This document shows, one piece after another, positions 9,966 to 18,886 of a stretch of DNA of 64,000 nt (position 1 is the first letter of the stretch; each line of letters begins with the position of its first letter). Source of the DNA: an uncultured Desulfobulbaceae bacterium (lineage in GTDB: Bacteria; Desulfobacterota; Dissulfuribacteria; Dissulfuribacterales; DYLC01); contig CAYRSX010000005.1 of NCBI GenBank assembly GCA_964427245.1, forward strand, positions 3,354 to 67,353, given 5' to 3'. The position numbers and the translations under genes were made by a program. The notes below the pieces were generated by a model. The model was not told where the DNA came from, ran no database searches, and saw nothing but the letters and a program-made list of their open reading frames with translations.

Positions 9966-10808
9966 ATGAACGATCAAAAAACAATTCAAGAAATTCTGTT
10001 GGATGTATCCCGATGGCTCTGGTTTCAGAAACGCATGGGATTGGAATATCTGCCTAATGACAAAGAATTATGCAGCCTGCTGCATACTCAAGGGTTCCAC
10101 AGGGCGGCCGATGCAGCCCCTAATAGGCATAACCCTGCACCGATACAACAAAAAGACTGGCCGGCGAAAATACAGCCGCAGCCTTCTCGAGCCACGGTTC
10201 AATCAGAGGCTGTTCCATCGTTTCAATATAAGGATTTCAATGAATTACAATTCGCTCTCGCAGCATGTACAGGCTGTGATGCAGTCAAATCTAAACGCCC
10301 TGTTCCAACAAAACCAGTTCAACAACCCAAAGTGATGGTGGTGACGGATACAATCGATTACGAAGAGGAACTGGAAGGCAGCTACTTCACAAGGCCTGCA
10401 ATGGAACTGCTGGACAAAATGTTGACTGCCATAGATCTTTCACTGAATCAGGTATATCTAACCGGTCTTTTCAAATGCCGGACCAGTGCAAAACCGAAAC
10501 GCAGGGATGTAGAACGCTGCGCCGGCTTTCTCATGGCCGAGATCGGGCTTTTAAAGCCCAGGGCCATTCTCTCCTTCACACCGCTTCTTTCATGGCCGAT
10601 GCTTGGGAAAACGGCATCTCTCTCTCGTCTGCGCGAACGGCCGCACATTATTCGCATAAATGACCAGGAGCTGACAATCTTCTTCACTCACTCTCCGAAT
10701 ACCATATTGAAAACCACTGGAAATGCCCAGAAGACGCTCAAGCTGGAGGTATGGAAGGACCTTCAAAAACTTCAAGAGGCATTGAAAAAAACAGAGATAA
10801 CCACCTGA
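9966..10808 (+). CDS. Uracil-DNA glycosylase family-4-like protein with degenerate catalytic motifs and an N-terminal extension of about 100 aa
   Basis: 280 aa. It aligns by eye to family-4 UDGs: 'CTGC', '...KVMVVTDTIDYEEELEGSYF..LLDKML', 'VYLTGLFKCRTS', 'ERCAGFL' and 'FFTHSPNTILK'. The GE(A/G)PG motif is replaced by TDTID. Confidence 0.7.
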   Translation: MNDQKTIQEILLDVSRWLWFQKRMGLEYLPNDKELCSLLHTQGFHRAADAAPNRHNPAPIQQKDWPAKIQPQPSRATVQSEAVPSFQYKDFNELQFALAACTGCDAVKSKRPVPTKPVQQPKVMVVTDTIDYEEELEGSYFTRPAMELLDKMLTAIDLSLNQVYLTGLFKCRTSAKPKRRDVERCAGFLMAEIGLLKPRAILSFTPLLSWPMLGKTASLSRLRERPHIIRINDQELTIFFTHSPNTILKTTGNAQKTLKLEVWKDLQKLQEALKKTEITT

Positions 10809-10873
10809 GATGGCTTCAAGACACATAGATTGGCATGGCCAAATGCCCAGTATATATGACCAGTGGAGGTGAT

Positions 10874-10949
10874 TGGTGGAGATGATGGGATTCGAACCCA
10901 CGACTTCCACGTTGCGAACGTGGCGCTCTCCCAACTGAGCTACATCCCC
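10874..10949 (-). tRNA. tRNA-Ala (anticodon CGC), with CCA encoded
   Basis: The reverse complement reads GGGGATGTAGCTCAGTTGGGAGAGCGCCACGTTCGCAACGTGGAAGTCGTGGGTTCGAATCCCATCATCTCCACCA. It folds as a cloverleaf with 7/4/5/5-bp stems. The anticodon loop is TTCGCAA, the G3:U70 Ala identity pair is present, and the T-loop is GTTCGAATC. Confidence 0.95.
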
Positions 10950-11132
10950 ACAATTTCAGTATGTTTTGAGCAAAATCAGCCCGGCATCAAAAACCACTGT
11001 GCATGCCGACGCTCACTCTGATACATGTTCAAAGCCGACCGCTTTTACCCGCCGGCCAAGCGGCTCAATTATCGATATCTGGCATTCACATGAAGACCGC
11101 CAAACAGCCATATTAGTAACAGAAGCCGGCCT

Positions 11133-11411
11133 TCAATGCAAGTCTTCCCTGGGCAAGTCTTCCCTGGAAGTTCCAATCACGCCCCTCCACGGAGAACTTC
11201 CCCATTCCAGCCAGCCCCATACTGAAATGGCAGTAAACACTGAAAATAGCACGGCCTGAGCATAGATTCCGTAGTAAATGTCCACCGCCACCCACCCCAT
11301 ATTGGCTATGGTATAGACAGCGAAGCTCGAACGCATCTTCCTGACATTCAGGACAGCGCCGGCAATGCTCAAAAAGGTCAAAAACCAAGATATCCAGGGC
11401 ATAACTTCCAT
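11133..11411 (-). CDS. Small 3-TM membrane protein resembling a single repeat of PnuC-type nicotinamide riboside/vitamin transporters
   Basis: About 92 aa counted from the ATG at 11411. It has three hydrophobic helices, and 'AQAVLFSVFTAISVWGWLEW' resembles the PnuC C-terminal signature. No obvious SD sequence is present, and the start is uncertain (11456, 11411 or 11402). Confidence 0.35.
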   Translation of the reverse strand: MEVMPWISWFLTFLSIAGAVLNVRKMRSSFAVYTIANMGWVAVDIYYGIYAQAVLFSVFTAISVWGWLEWGSSPWRGVIGTSREDLPREDLH

Positions 11412-11526
11412 GATTTTGATTAACAGAATGCAGCAAACTTTGCAAGAAGCCACCATAAAAGAGGGCTTGAATTCTAAAAATGGATATGATTACATAAAAA
11501 ATAATTCTAATATCGTGGAGAATAAT

Positions 11527-13041
11527 ATGTATTATCGAAATATAAAAATTCTCATCCCACACATTTTATTTGAACAACTATCATCCATATCACAACAGGA
11601 AACAGAAAAATACACTTATATCACATATAGAACAGAAAATGAATTGATAGACCAAATAACAAAATATCATTACGATTCAATAATCATAACTCAATCATCA
11701 TTAGAAACAAATATATCTGAAATATATCATAAATTAATTAAAATTCTTGCAGAAGATACAATTCTAATATATATTACAAATGAGTCACGAGAAAAAATAG
11801 ATATTACAATACAAAGCAATACCCATGCAAGAAAATTCTTTGTTTTTACAGAACAAATCAGTGGTATAAACCTGTTGGAGATAATAAAGGCCATACAAAA
11901 TCTTAAAGGAGCCAAGGATCAGTATATCAATTTCATCAATATCTTTAATGAAATAACAGACCAGATAAAAATAAATTCCCAACAGTTAAACACTGGAATT
12001 TTTAATTTCAAAACATACTTTGAAGAGCTTTTATTGAAAATTTTAAATACAGACAATAAAACAGAAAAACCTGATATGATCTTGACAAGAGTTGCCATAG
12101 AAGAAAAACATGCAAAATGGTATTTATATCAATATAAAGACAATAAATTAGAAAAAAACATATTGAATCTTACTTTAATTCCAAAAGCATCAGACATCAA
12201 TGCGCGACTATTCCATTGTAATGGTGAAGAAGTAAAACAACAGTTCAAAATTTTTATACATAAACTTCAAGAAGCAGCTCCGGAAATAGATGTTCGGAAC
12301 ATGACAGCATATTTAAGTAACAGACTATCGATTTTCTGTATCAATTATGGCAGAGAAACAGGTAGGCTCGACGCTCTGTCTTTGAAGCTGTTTGCAGTAG
12401 ATATCTTGCTACTACAGGATATCTTTCAGCAATTCAAGGAAATAGATGATCTTGCTACAGATACGATAAAATCTTTGGCAACCATATCGGAAGTAAATGA
12501 CGAATATGCCGGGCAACATATGCATAGATTCGGACTGTATTGCAAACTTATGGCTGAACATTCCGGAATGTCCATAAATGAGATTAAAACTATTGAAATA
12601 CAATCGCAACTTCATGACGTAGGTAAAATCTATATCCCTCAAGCCATATTGCACAAAATCGGCAAGTTGACTCAAGAAGAATGGGAAGTTGTAAAAATGC
12701 ACACAATTCACGGAGCGCGCATAATAGGTGACCACCCACGCATGAAAATGGCCAAAAACATCGCCCTGACACACCATGAACTATGGAACGGCACCGGCTA
12801 TCCAAACGGACTGAAGGGGGAAGAAATACCTCTCGAAGGTCGCATAGCCGCCCTGGCCGACACCTACGATACTCTGCGCATGATACGTTCTTATAAGGAA
12901 AGCTACGACCATGCCACCGCCTGCCGCATCATTTTGGAAGGGGACGAGCATGGCTCTCCGGATTCCTTTGACCCGCGTCTCCTGCTGATATTCAAGCAGT
13001 TTCACTGGCAGTTCAACGACATATTTGAAGCGAATCAATAA
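11527..13041 (+). CDS. HD-GYP domain protein (putative c-di-GMP phosphodiesterase) with an AT-rich, degenerate receiver-like N-terminal region
   Basis: C-terminal 'QLHDVGKIYIP', 'HTIHGARI' and 'THHELWNGTGYPNGL' are HD-GYP motifs. I chose the ATG at 11527, which is preceded by GGAG at 11516-11519. The ORF-track start at 11365 overlaps the opposite-strand gene. Confidence 0.85.
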   Translation: MYYRNIKILIPHILFEQLSSISQQETEKYTYITYRTENELIDQITKYHYDSIIITQSSLETNISEIYHKLIKILAEDTILIYITNESREKIDITIQSNTHARKFFVFTEQISGINLLEIIKAIQNLKGAKDQYINFINIFNEITDQIKINSQQLNTGIFNFKTYFEELLLKILNTDNKTEKPDMILTRVAIEEKHAKWYLYQYKDNKLEKNILNLTLIPKASDINARLFHCNGEEVKQQFKIFIHKLQEAAPEIDVRNMTAYLSNRLSIFCINYGRETGRLDALSLKLFAVDILLLQDIFQQFKEIDDLATDTIKSLATISEVNDEYAGQHMHRFGLYCKLMAEHSGMSINEIKTIEIQSQLHDVGKIYIPQAILHKIGKLTQEEWEVVKMHTIHGARIIGDHPRMKMAKNIALTHHELWNGTGYPNGLKGEEIPLEGRIAALADTYDTLRMIRSYKESYDHATACRIILEGDEHGSPDSFDPRLLLIFKQFHWQFNDIFEANQ

Positions 13042-13136
13042 AACGAACCACACACCCGTCGCAGTCATTTATATCGTGCTTTTCAATTCCTCCAAAATGT
13101 GTTAACTAAATTCAAAATTCCTTACAAGGAGCCCTC

Positions 13137-14078
13137 ATGAAACTCAAAATATTACTCACACTCTGTTCCGCATTGTCCATTTCCATGCTTCTGGCAGGTT
13201 GCGAAGGACAAATGCCTTCCAAAAAGACCGAGGCGGCAAGCCCTGACAAAAAGATGTCAGAATCAGCCAATCCGACTGCCAGTCCGATGGGTAAGCCTAC
13301 AAGTTCGGGCCCCACGATCACGGGCAAAATCAAAGAGACCATGAACAGCGCAGGCTATACCTATGTGCTGCTGGAAAAAGATGGTGTTCAAACCTGGGCC
13401 GCACTGCCTGAAACACAGGTGCAAACAGGCCAGGAAATCACTATCTATGCCGGCATGGAGATGAAAAACTTCAAAAGCAACACACTGAACCACACCTTCG
13501 ACAGCATCATCTTTTCTTCGGGCATTGCAGGTGCTGTTTCGGGCAAAAATACCCCCCAGCCCGGCGGTGCCAACATGAAGCCGAGTGCAACAACCGATAC
13601 CGACGCTGCCCATGGAGCCTCTGGTTCCGCCCTCCATGGTGCTGAAATGCCGGCTACTTCGGCTGAAGGCCCAAAAATGGAAAAGACTCCGGAGCAGATG
13701 GCCATGGAGGCCCACTCCACAGTCAAACGCATCGATCCTCTCAAATTCCTTGGTGAAAAGATCGACAGGGCCGCAGGAGAAAACAGTTATGCCATAGCCG
13801 ACATACATGCAAAGGCCAAGGAACTGGCGGGCAAAACCGTACAGGTCAAAGGCAAGGTCACCAAGGTGTCCACGGGCATCATGGGCAAAAACTGGGTACA
13901 CATGCAGGACGGCAGTGGCTCTCAGGATGCCCAGAACTTCGACATGACCGTCACGACGCAGGCTCAACCCAAGGAGGGAGAAATTGTAACCTTTGAGGGA
14001 ATGCTGGCCGCTGACAAGGATTTCGGCGCGGGTTATCGCTATGATGCCATTATAGAGGATGCAAAACTCAAACAATAA
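13137..14078 (+). CDS. Lipoprotein of unknown function with two related beta-rich modules
   Basis: Signal peptide plus lipobox 'SMLLAGC'. The N-terminal module is 'ITGKIKETMNSAGYTYVLLEKDG..' and the C-terminal module is 'GKTVQVKGKVTKVSTGIMGKNWVHMQDGSG..'. An Ala/Gly/Pro-rich linker separates them. An SD sequence (AAGGAG) lies upstream. Confidence 0.6.
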   Translation: MKLKILLTLCSALSISMLLAGCEGQMPSKKTEAASPDKKMSESANPTASPMGKPTSSGPTITGKIKETMNSAGYTYVLLEKDGVQTWAALPETQVQTGQEITIYAGMEMKNFKSNTLNHTFDSIIFSSGIAGAVSGKNTPQPGGANMKPSATTDTDAAHGASGSALHGAEMPATSAEGPKMEKTPEQMAMEAHSTVKRIDPLKFLGEKIDRAAGENSYAIADIHAKAKELAGKTVQVKGKVTKVSTGIMGKNWVHMQDGSGSQDAQNFDMTVTTQAQPKEGEIVTFEGMLAADKDFGAGYRYDAIIEDAKLKQ

Positions 14079-14082
14079 CACC

Positions 14083-14556
14083 ATGTCAACCACGAAAAAC
14101 CATACGCTTCAAGTGAATTTCGGCTTTGAAGTAGTAATCGAGTATCAAATACGCCTGAAAAGTGGCCAGTTAGTGGATTCCTCCGAAAAATCAGGGGGGC
14201 CTGTGAGACTCATCTGCGGCAACGGCGATTTTCCAAGGCCTGTCGAGGAAGGGATCGTAGGCCTGAAACCAGGAGATATAAAGGTCATACCAGTGCCGCC
14301 TCAATATACCTACGGCCTTTACAACCCCAAACAGGTAGTGCTGGTGGCGGCGGAACGAATATACGAAGAGATTGCCATAGGCAAAATGGTCAAGGCACCC
14401 GATGAATTCGGTCTAAAAAGACCTGCTTTGATCAAAAAATTCTGGGAAGGTGTAGTGCTGCTGGACTTCAATCACCCCCTTGCAGGCCAGACCATGCTCT
14501 TCGAGGTCAAGATTCGGGATATCAACCCAGATTCAGCTAAAAAGGAGCAAAATTGA
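14083..14556 (+). CDS. FKBP-type peptidyl-prolyl isomerase, SlyD-like, no metal-binding tail
   Basis: '...DFNHPLAGQTMLFEVKIRDI' and an IF-flap insertion. I chose the ATG at 14083, which lies 5 nt after the upstream stop. The stop overlaps the mqnE start. Confidence 0.8.
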   Translation: MSTTKNHTLQVNFGFEVVIEYQIRLKSGQLVDSSEKSGGPVRLICGNGDFPRPVEEGIVGLKPGDIKVIPVPPQYTYGLYNPKQVVLVAAERIYEEIAIGKMVKAPDEFGLKRPALIKKFWEGVVLLDFNHPLAGQTMLFEVKIRDINPDSAKKEQN

Positions 14557-15638
14557 ACACCATTCTGAAGCAGACAGGTCTTTTTGACATATATGAAAAA
14601 ATAGAGGCACGAGAACGGCTTTCAGCAAAGGACGCTGAGCGTCTCTACGCATCCCGTTTTCTTTCAGTCATCGGTTGGCTTGCCACTTTGGTCAGAGAAC
14701 GCATAAATGACAAAAAGGCCTGGTATATCTACAATCAACACATCAATTACTCGAATATCTGCACAAATCTATGTAAATTCTGTGCATTCGGAAAGGAAAA
14801 AGGCGCTCCGCTCTCCTATGAGATGTCCATCGACGAGATCGTAAGCCGCATTCGAGAGCGCAAGCACGAACCCATCACAGAAGTGCATATAGTGGGAGGG
14901 CTGCACCCCGACCTTCCCTATGATTATTATCTGGAGATGCTCAGGGCTATAAAGCGCGAACGGCCTGAAATCCACATTCAGGCATTCACATGTGTGGAAA
15001 TAGCACACATAGCCAGAATGGGCGGCAAAAGCATTGAAGAAACCCTGACCGACTTGGTAAATGCAGGTCTTGGCTCCATTCCAGGCGGCGGTGCCGAGGT
15101 CTTCAGCCCTCGCATTCGAGAGCGCCTCTGCCCCAGCAAACTCCCTGGCAAAGACTGGATTCACATAGCCAAGACCGCTCATAAGATGGGGATTCACACC
15201 AACGCAACCATGCTTTACGGCCACATCGAGACCGTGCAGGAGCGTATAGAACACCTGATCGCCCTCAGAGAGGCACAGGACGAGACAAACGGCTTTCTGT
15301 GTTTCATTCCCCTGGCCTTTCACTCAAAGAATACGCAGATGGAGGGCATCTCCCAGACAAACGGTGTGGATGACCTCAAGACCATCGCCATCTCCAGGCT
15401 CATGCTGGACAACTTCCCTCATATCAAGGCATATTGGGTGATGCTGGGCCAGAAGGTGGCGCAGATCGCCCTTTCCTTTGGAGCGGACGACCTGGACGGC
15501 ACCATTTTAGAGGAACGAATCACACATATGGCAGGGGCTGAGACATCACAGGCCATGAGCAGAGCAGAGATTGAACGGCTCATTCGAAATGCAAGTTTCG
15601 AACCTATAGAGCGTGACACCTTATACCAACCTGTATGA
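14553..15638 (+). CDS. mqnE: Aminodeoxyfutalosine synthase (radical SAM)
   Basis: 361 aa. Radical-SAM 'CTNLCKFCAF', then 'TEVHIVGGLHPDLP', 'PGGGAEVFSPRIRE', 'NATMLYGHIET' and 'FIPLAF' fit the MqnE branch better than MqnC. The TTG start overlaps the upstream TGA. Confidence 0.75.
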   Translation: MNTILKQTGLFDIYEKIEARERLSAKDAERLYASRFLSVIGWLATLVRERINDKKAWYIYNQHINYSNICTNLCKFCAFGKEKGAPLSYEMSIDEIVSRIRERKHEPITEVHIVGGLHPDLPYDYYLEMLRAIKRERPEIHIQAFTCVEIAHIARMGGKSIEETLTDLVNAGLGSIPGGGAEVFSPRIRERLCPSKLPGKDWIHIAKTAHKMGIHTNATMLYGHIETVQERIEHLIALREAQDETNGFLCFIPLAFHSKNTQMEGISQTNGVDDLKTIAISRLMLDNFPHIKAYWVMLGQKVAQIALSFGADDLDGTILEERITHMAGAETSQAMSRAEIERLIRNASFEPIERDTLYQPV

Positions 15639-16717
15639 GTTTCACTCTCGCATCACTTACACAAAGGGCGCTGACTCAGCGTCTTTCCCCTGACGAGGCC
15701 GTATATCTCTACAAAAATGCCAGTCTCACCACACTTGGAAGCCTGGCCCACGCCAGGCGTATGGCTGCACACCCTATCCCTGTCGTCACCTATATCATCG
15801 ACCGCAACATCAATTACACAAATATCTGCGTCTCAGGCTGCAAGTTCTGTGCATATTATTCCGCTGCAAATGCAGAAACCGAGGTCAATACTCGGCAAAA
15901 GCCGTTTTTACTGTCTAGAGAGGAACTGTCCCAAAAGATTCAAGAAACTTTGAACCTGGAGGGCAGGCAGATACTGCTTCAGGGCGGTCTGCACCCTGAC
16001 CTACCTCTGGAGTATTACGAAGATATGCTCTCCTTCATCAAAAAGGAGTTTCCTGAGATTTATTGCCACGCCTTTTCACCTCCAGAGGTCGTGCACTTCG
16101 CCAGACTGTCCGGACTGGACATAAAAACCGTGCTGCAACGCCTAATTTCAGCCGGGCTCAACTCCATTCCAGGCGGCGGGGCAGAGATTCTGGTGAACCG
16201 AGTCAGGGAACGCATCGCACCACGTAAGGCCACAGCGAAAGAGTGGCTGAGCGTCATGGAAATCGCTCACGGCCTTGGGCTGAAGACCACCGCCACCATG
16301 ATGTTCGGACACATCGAGACCATCGAGGAACGCATTGAACACCTGCAGGCCATTCGAGACCTGCAAGACAGGACTTTCGGCTTTACCGCCTTTATTCCAT
16401 GGCCGTTTCAGCCTCAGAACACCGCCATCGATGTGCAGCCTGCCACAGCAGACGAATACCTACGCACCCTGGCCATCTCGCGCCTGTTCCTGGACAATAT
16501 TGCCAACATTCAGGCTTCCTGGGTGACTCAAGGCCCTAAAATAGCTCAGATCGCCCTATTTTTCGGAGCAAATGACTTTGGAAGCACCATGATCGAAGAA
16601 AATGTAGTCGCAGCGGCAGGTGTGAGCCATAGGCTCTCCGAAGAAGAGATCAGAAGGCTCATTCAAGGTGCTGGCTTCGAGCCCCGACGCAGACGCATGG
16701 ATTATACGCTGTTATGA
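15635..16717 (+). CDS. mqnC: Cyclic dehypoxanthinyl futalosine synthase (radical SAM)
   Basis: 360 aa. 'DRNINYTNICVSGCKFCAY', 'ILLQGGLHPDLP', 'PGGGAEILVNRVRE', 'TATMMFGHIET' and 'FIPWPFQPQNT' fit the MqnC branch. There is a 4-nt overlap with mqnE. Confidence 0.75.
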   Translation: MSFTLASLTQRALTQRLSPDEAVYLYKNASLTTLGSLAHARRMAAHPIPVVTYIIDRNINYTNICVSGCKFCAYYSAANAETEVNTRQKPFLLSREELSQKIQETLNLEGRQILLQGGLHPDLPLEYYEDMLSFIKKEFPEIYCHAFSPPEVVHFARLSGLDIKTVLQRLISAGLNSIPGGGAEILVNRVRERIAPRKATAKEWLSVMEIAHGLGLKTTATMMFGHIETIEERIEHLQAIRDLQDRTFGFTAFIPWPFQPQNTAIDVQPATADEYLRTLAISRLFLDNIANIQASWVTQGPKIAQIALFFGANDFGSTMIEENVVAAAGVSHRLSEEEIRRLIQGAGFEPRRRRMDYTLL

Positions 16718-18009
16718 GCGGCCTTGTCATTCACCGAGCCAAATGGGTGGTGCCGGTCACATCGCCGGTTCTGGAGAATGGGGCTGTGGCGGTCTTTAAC
16801 GACAAAATAGTCGGCGTTGGCAAGGCTCATGACATCCTCACGCGCTTTCATGGAGAACTCATAGACCACGGCTTCGCCATACTCTGCCCCGGCATGGTCA
16901 ACTGTCACACACATCTGGAGCTCTCCGGACTTCACATGCGTCTTTCTCCAACGAGTTCCTTTACTCGATGGGTCGAGAACATGCTGGAGGCCAAAGAAAA
17001 TCTATCTACTCAGGATGAGGAAGATGCCATCAACAATGCAATTTTTCAACTCAAGAATGAAGGCATTATAGCAATAGGCGATGTGGGGAATACCACCATT
17101 GCGCCTACCCTGCTGGCTGAAAGCCATTCCATCGACATCTATTATGTATTTTTCCAAGAGATTATCTGCCTTAAAAGACAAGATGCACCGAATCTGAGTG
17201 CCATGGACATGCGCATGAATGATCTGGAACGCAAGGGATTTCTTGCGACCATTGCACCGCATGCCTGTTATTCCGTATTCCCAGAGCTTTTAAAGACAAT
17301 CAAGGGGCTCTGTACTGGGCGTAACCGGCCATTTTCCGTGCATGTTGCCGAGTCAGAGGAAGAGATGACATTTCTAACATCCGGCACAGGTCCCATGCGA
17401 ACATTTCTTGAAAAAAAAGGCAAATGGCCTCTGGAATTCCAAATACCCAAAACCTCGCCCATACGACACCTGCATCATCTAGGGGTACTGGACGCCAATA
17501 CCATCTGCGTGCACTGCGTTCATCTCGACGACGAAGACATGAACCTCATGGCATCGTCAGGGGCAACGGCATGTCTGTGCCCAAGGAGCAACCTGTTTCT
17601 GGGCTCCGGTATTCCGCCAGCGGCCAAACTTGCCTCGCAGGGCATTCCCATTGCATTAGGCACAGACAGCCTGGCCAGCAACGACAAACTGTCCATATTT
17701 GCAGAGATGTCCTCTCTGGCTCGATTGGCGCCTGGGGTTTCCAGCGAAACCATCTTTCGGGCCGCCACATTGGGCGGAGCAACAGCCCTAAAACTTCAAG
17801 ACCAAATCGGTTCATTGAAACTCAATAAAAAGGCAAGTTTTCTCTCCATACACACCGAAAACTGCAAAACTGACCAGGAAGTCTATGATTTTCTGATACA
17901 CTATACACCCAGCGATACAAGCAGAGAGAATATGCAATGGATATCACGGCCTGTAAGCACAAAGAAGAGTGAACGGCCTCGCAGGAACAGGGCTGATCAC
18001 ATCATTTGA
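16714..18009 (+). CDS. Metal-dependent amidohydrolase, probably aminodeoxyfutalosine deaminase
   Basis: 431 aa. It carries the 'NCHTHLELS' metal-binding HxH motif and has the layout of the cytosine/guanine-deaminase-like amidohydrolase superfamily. It is embedded between mqnC and mqnA with overlapping or near-overlapping junctions. Confidence 0.7.
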   Translation: MSGLVIHRAKWVVPVTSPVLENGAVAVFNDKIVGVGKAHDILTRFHGELIDHGFAILCPGMVNCHTHLELSGLHMRLSPTSSFTRWVENMLEAKENLSTQDEEDAINNAIFQLKNEGIIAIGDVGNTTIAPTLLAESHSIDIYYVFFQEIICLKRQDAPNLSAMDMRMNDLERKGFLATIAPHACYSVFPELLKTIKGLCTGRNRPFSVHVAESEEEMTFLTSGTGPMRTFLEKKGKWPLEFQIPKTSPIRHLHHLGVLDANTICVHCVHLDDEDMNLMASSGATACLCPRSNLFLGSGIPPAAKLASQGIPIALGTDSLASNDKLSIFAEMSSLARLAPGVSSETIFRAATLGGATALKLQDQIGSLKLNKKASFLSIHTENCKTDQEVYDFLIHYTPSDTSRENMQWISRPVSTKKSERPRRNRADHII

Positions 18010-18015
18010 AGGGAT

Positions 18016-18873
18016 ATGTCCAAGGAACAGGTTCTGAAGATAGGCATAGTAAATTTCATAAACACATCGGGCATATATGTACCATGGCAGGACATGGAAC
18101 AGACCTGCACCAGCGCCACAACCCCATGGCGAGTCATAGAAGGCCCTCCCAGTCTACTCAATCGGCTGTTGAAGGCAAATGAAATAAACGTGGGGCTCAT
18201 CTCCTCTTACGCCTACGGCCTTGACATTCAGGACTACTGCATGCTTCCAAACCTGGGCATCAGCGCGGTCGGAGCCGTGGGAAGCGTATTTCTCATCACA
18301 CGCAAGGCTCATGAACTGCATGAAATGGAGGACAAACGCATTTTGCTCACATCACAGTCAGCTACATCAGTCAATCTACTGCGGCTGATACTGGAGAGAT
18401 TTTACCGCGTTACTCCTCGATATGAATGCGGCAATCTTGAAGACTTTGAGGCGAATACCGGCTTTGACGGCTATCTGGCCATAGGAGACGAGGCATTGCA
18501 ACTCAAAAAACACCGACCTGACCTGCACTTTTTCGATCTGGCCGAGATATGGATGGGAAAAACAGGGCTCCCTTTCGTATTTGCAGTATGGGCGGTGCGC
18601 AAAGACACATGGGAACGCATGCCGAATGCAGTACGTGCCCTGTACCAGCATATCCTTACCTGTTACCGAAACGGCCTGCGAGAACTAGAAAATATCAGTG
18701 ATCGCGTGGCCTTCAGGGCAGGACTGACCACCAGAGAGTGTCTGAATTACCTTCGGGGCATTCATCTGCACTTCGACTCCACGCATACAAAGGCCCTGTC
18801 TTGTTTCTTCGAGCTGCTGCATGAGTCCTTCGGCTATCCTATTGTTCCAGACCTGCATGTCATTCAATTATAG
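18016..18873 (+). CDS. mqnA: Chorismate dehydratase (menaquinone biosynthesis, futalosine route)
   Basis: 285 aa with a periplasmic-binding-protein-like fold. The N-terminal 'LKIGIVNFINTSGIYVPW', 'GLISSYAY' and 'LAIGDEAL' are typical of MqnA, and the gene sits in the mqn operon. Confidence 0.8.
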   Translation: MSKEQVLKIGIVNFINTSGIYVPWQDMEQTCTSATTPWRVIEGPPSLLNRLLKANEINVGLISSYAYGLDIQDYCMLPNLGISAVGAVGSVFLITRKAHELHEMEDKRILLTSQSATSVNLLRLILERFYRVTPRYECGNLEDFEANTGFDGYLAIGDEALQLKKHRPDLHFFDLAEIWMGKTGLPFVFAVWAVRKDTWERMPNAVRALYQHILTCYRNGLRELENISDRVAFRAGLTTRECLNYLRGIHLHFDSTHTKALSCFFELLHESFGYPIVPDLHVIQL

Positions 18874-18886
18874 GCAAATATAGACC

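Noticed and set aside
10590-10934. A 114-aa minus-strand ORF overlapping the 3' end of the UDG-like gene and the tRNA
   Set aside because: It runs through the tRNA-Ala gene and antisense to a motif-supported CDS. Its peptide 'GSNPIISTN' is just the translated T-arm.
11365-11526. A 54-codon N-terminal extension of the HD-GYP ORF (ORF-track start at 11365)
   Set aside because: It overlaps the opposite-strand membrane-protein ORF and has no SD. The internal ATG at 11527 is preceded by GGAG at the right distance.
10950-12400. A genomic island integrated at tRNA-Ala (AT-rich DNA next to a tRNA)
   Set aside because: The AT-rich DNA lies on the 5' side of the tRNA rather than at its 3' end. There is no integrase, no direct repeat of the tRNA 3' end, and the low-GC tract is confined to part of one ORF.
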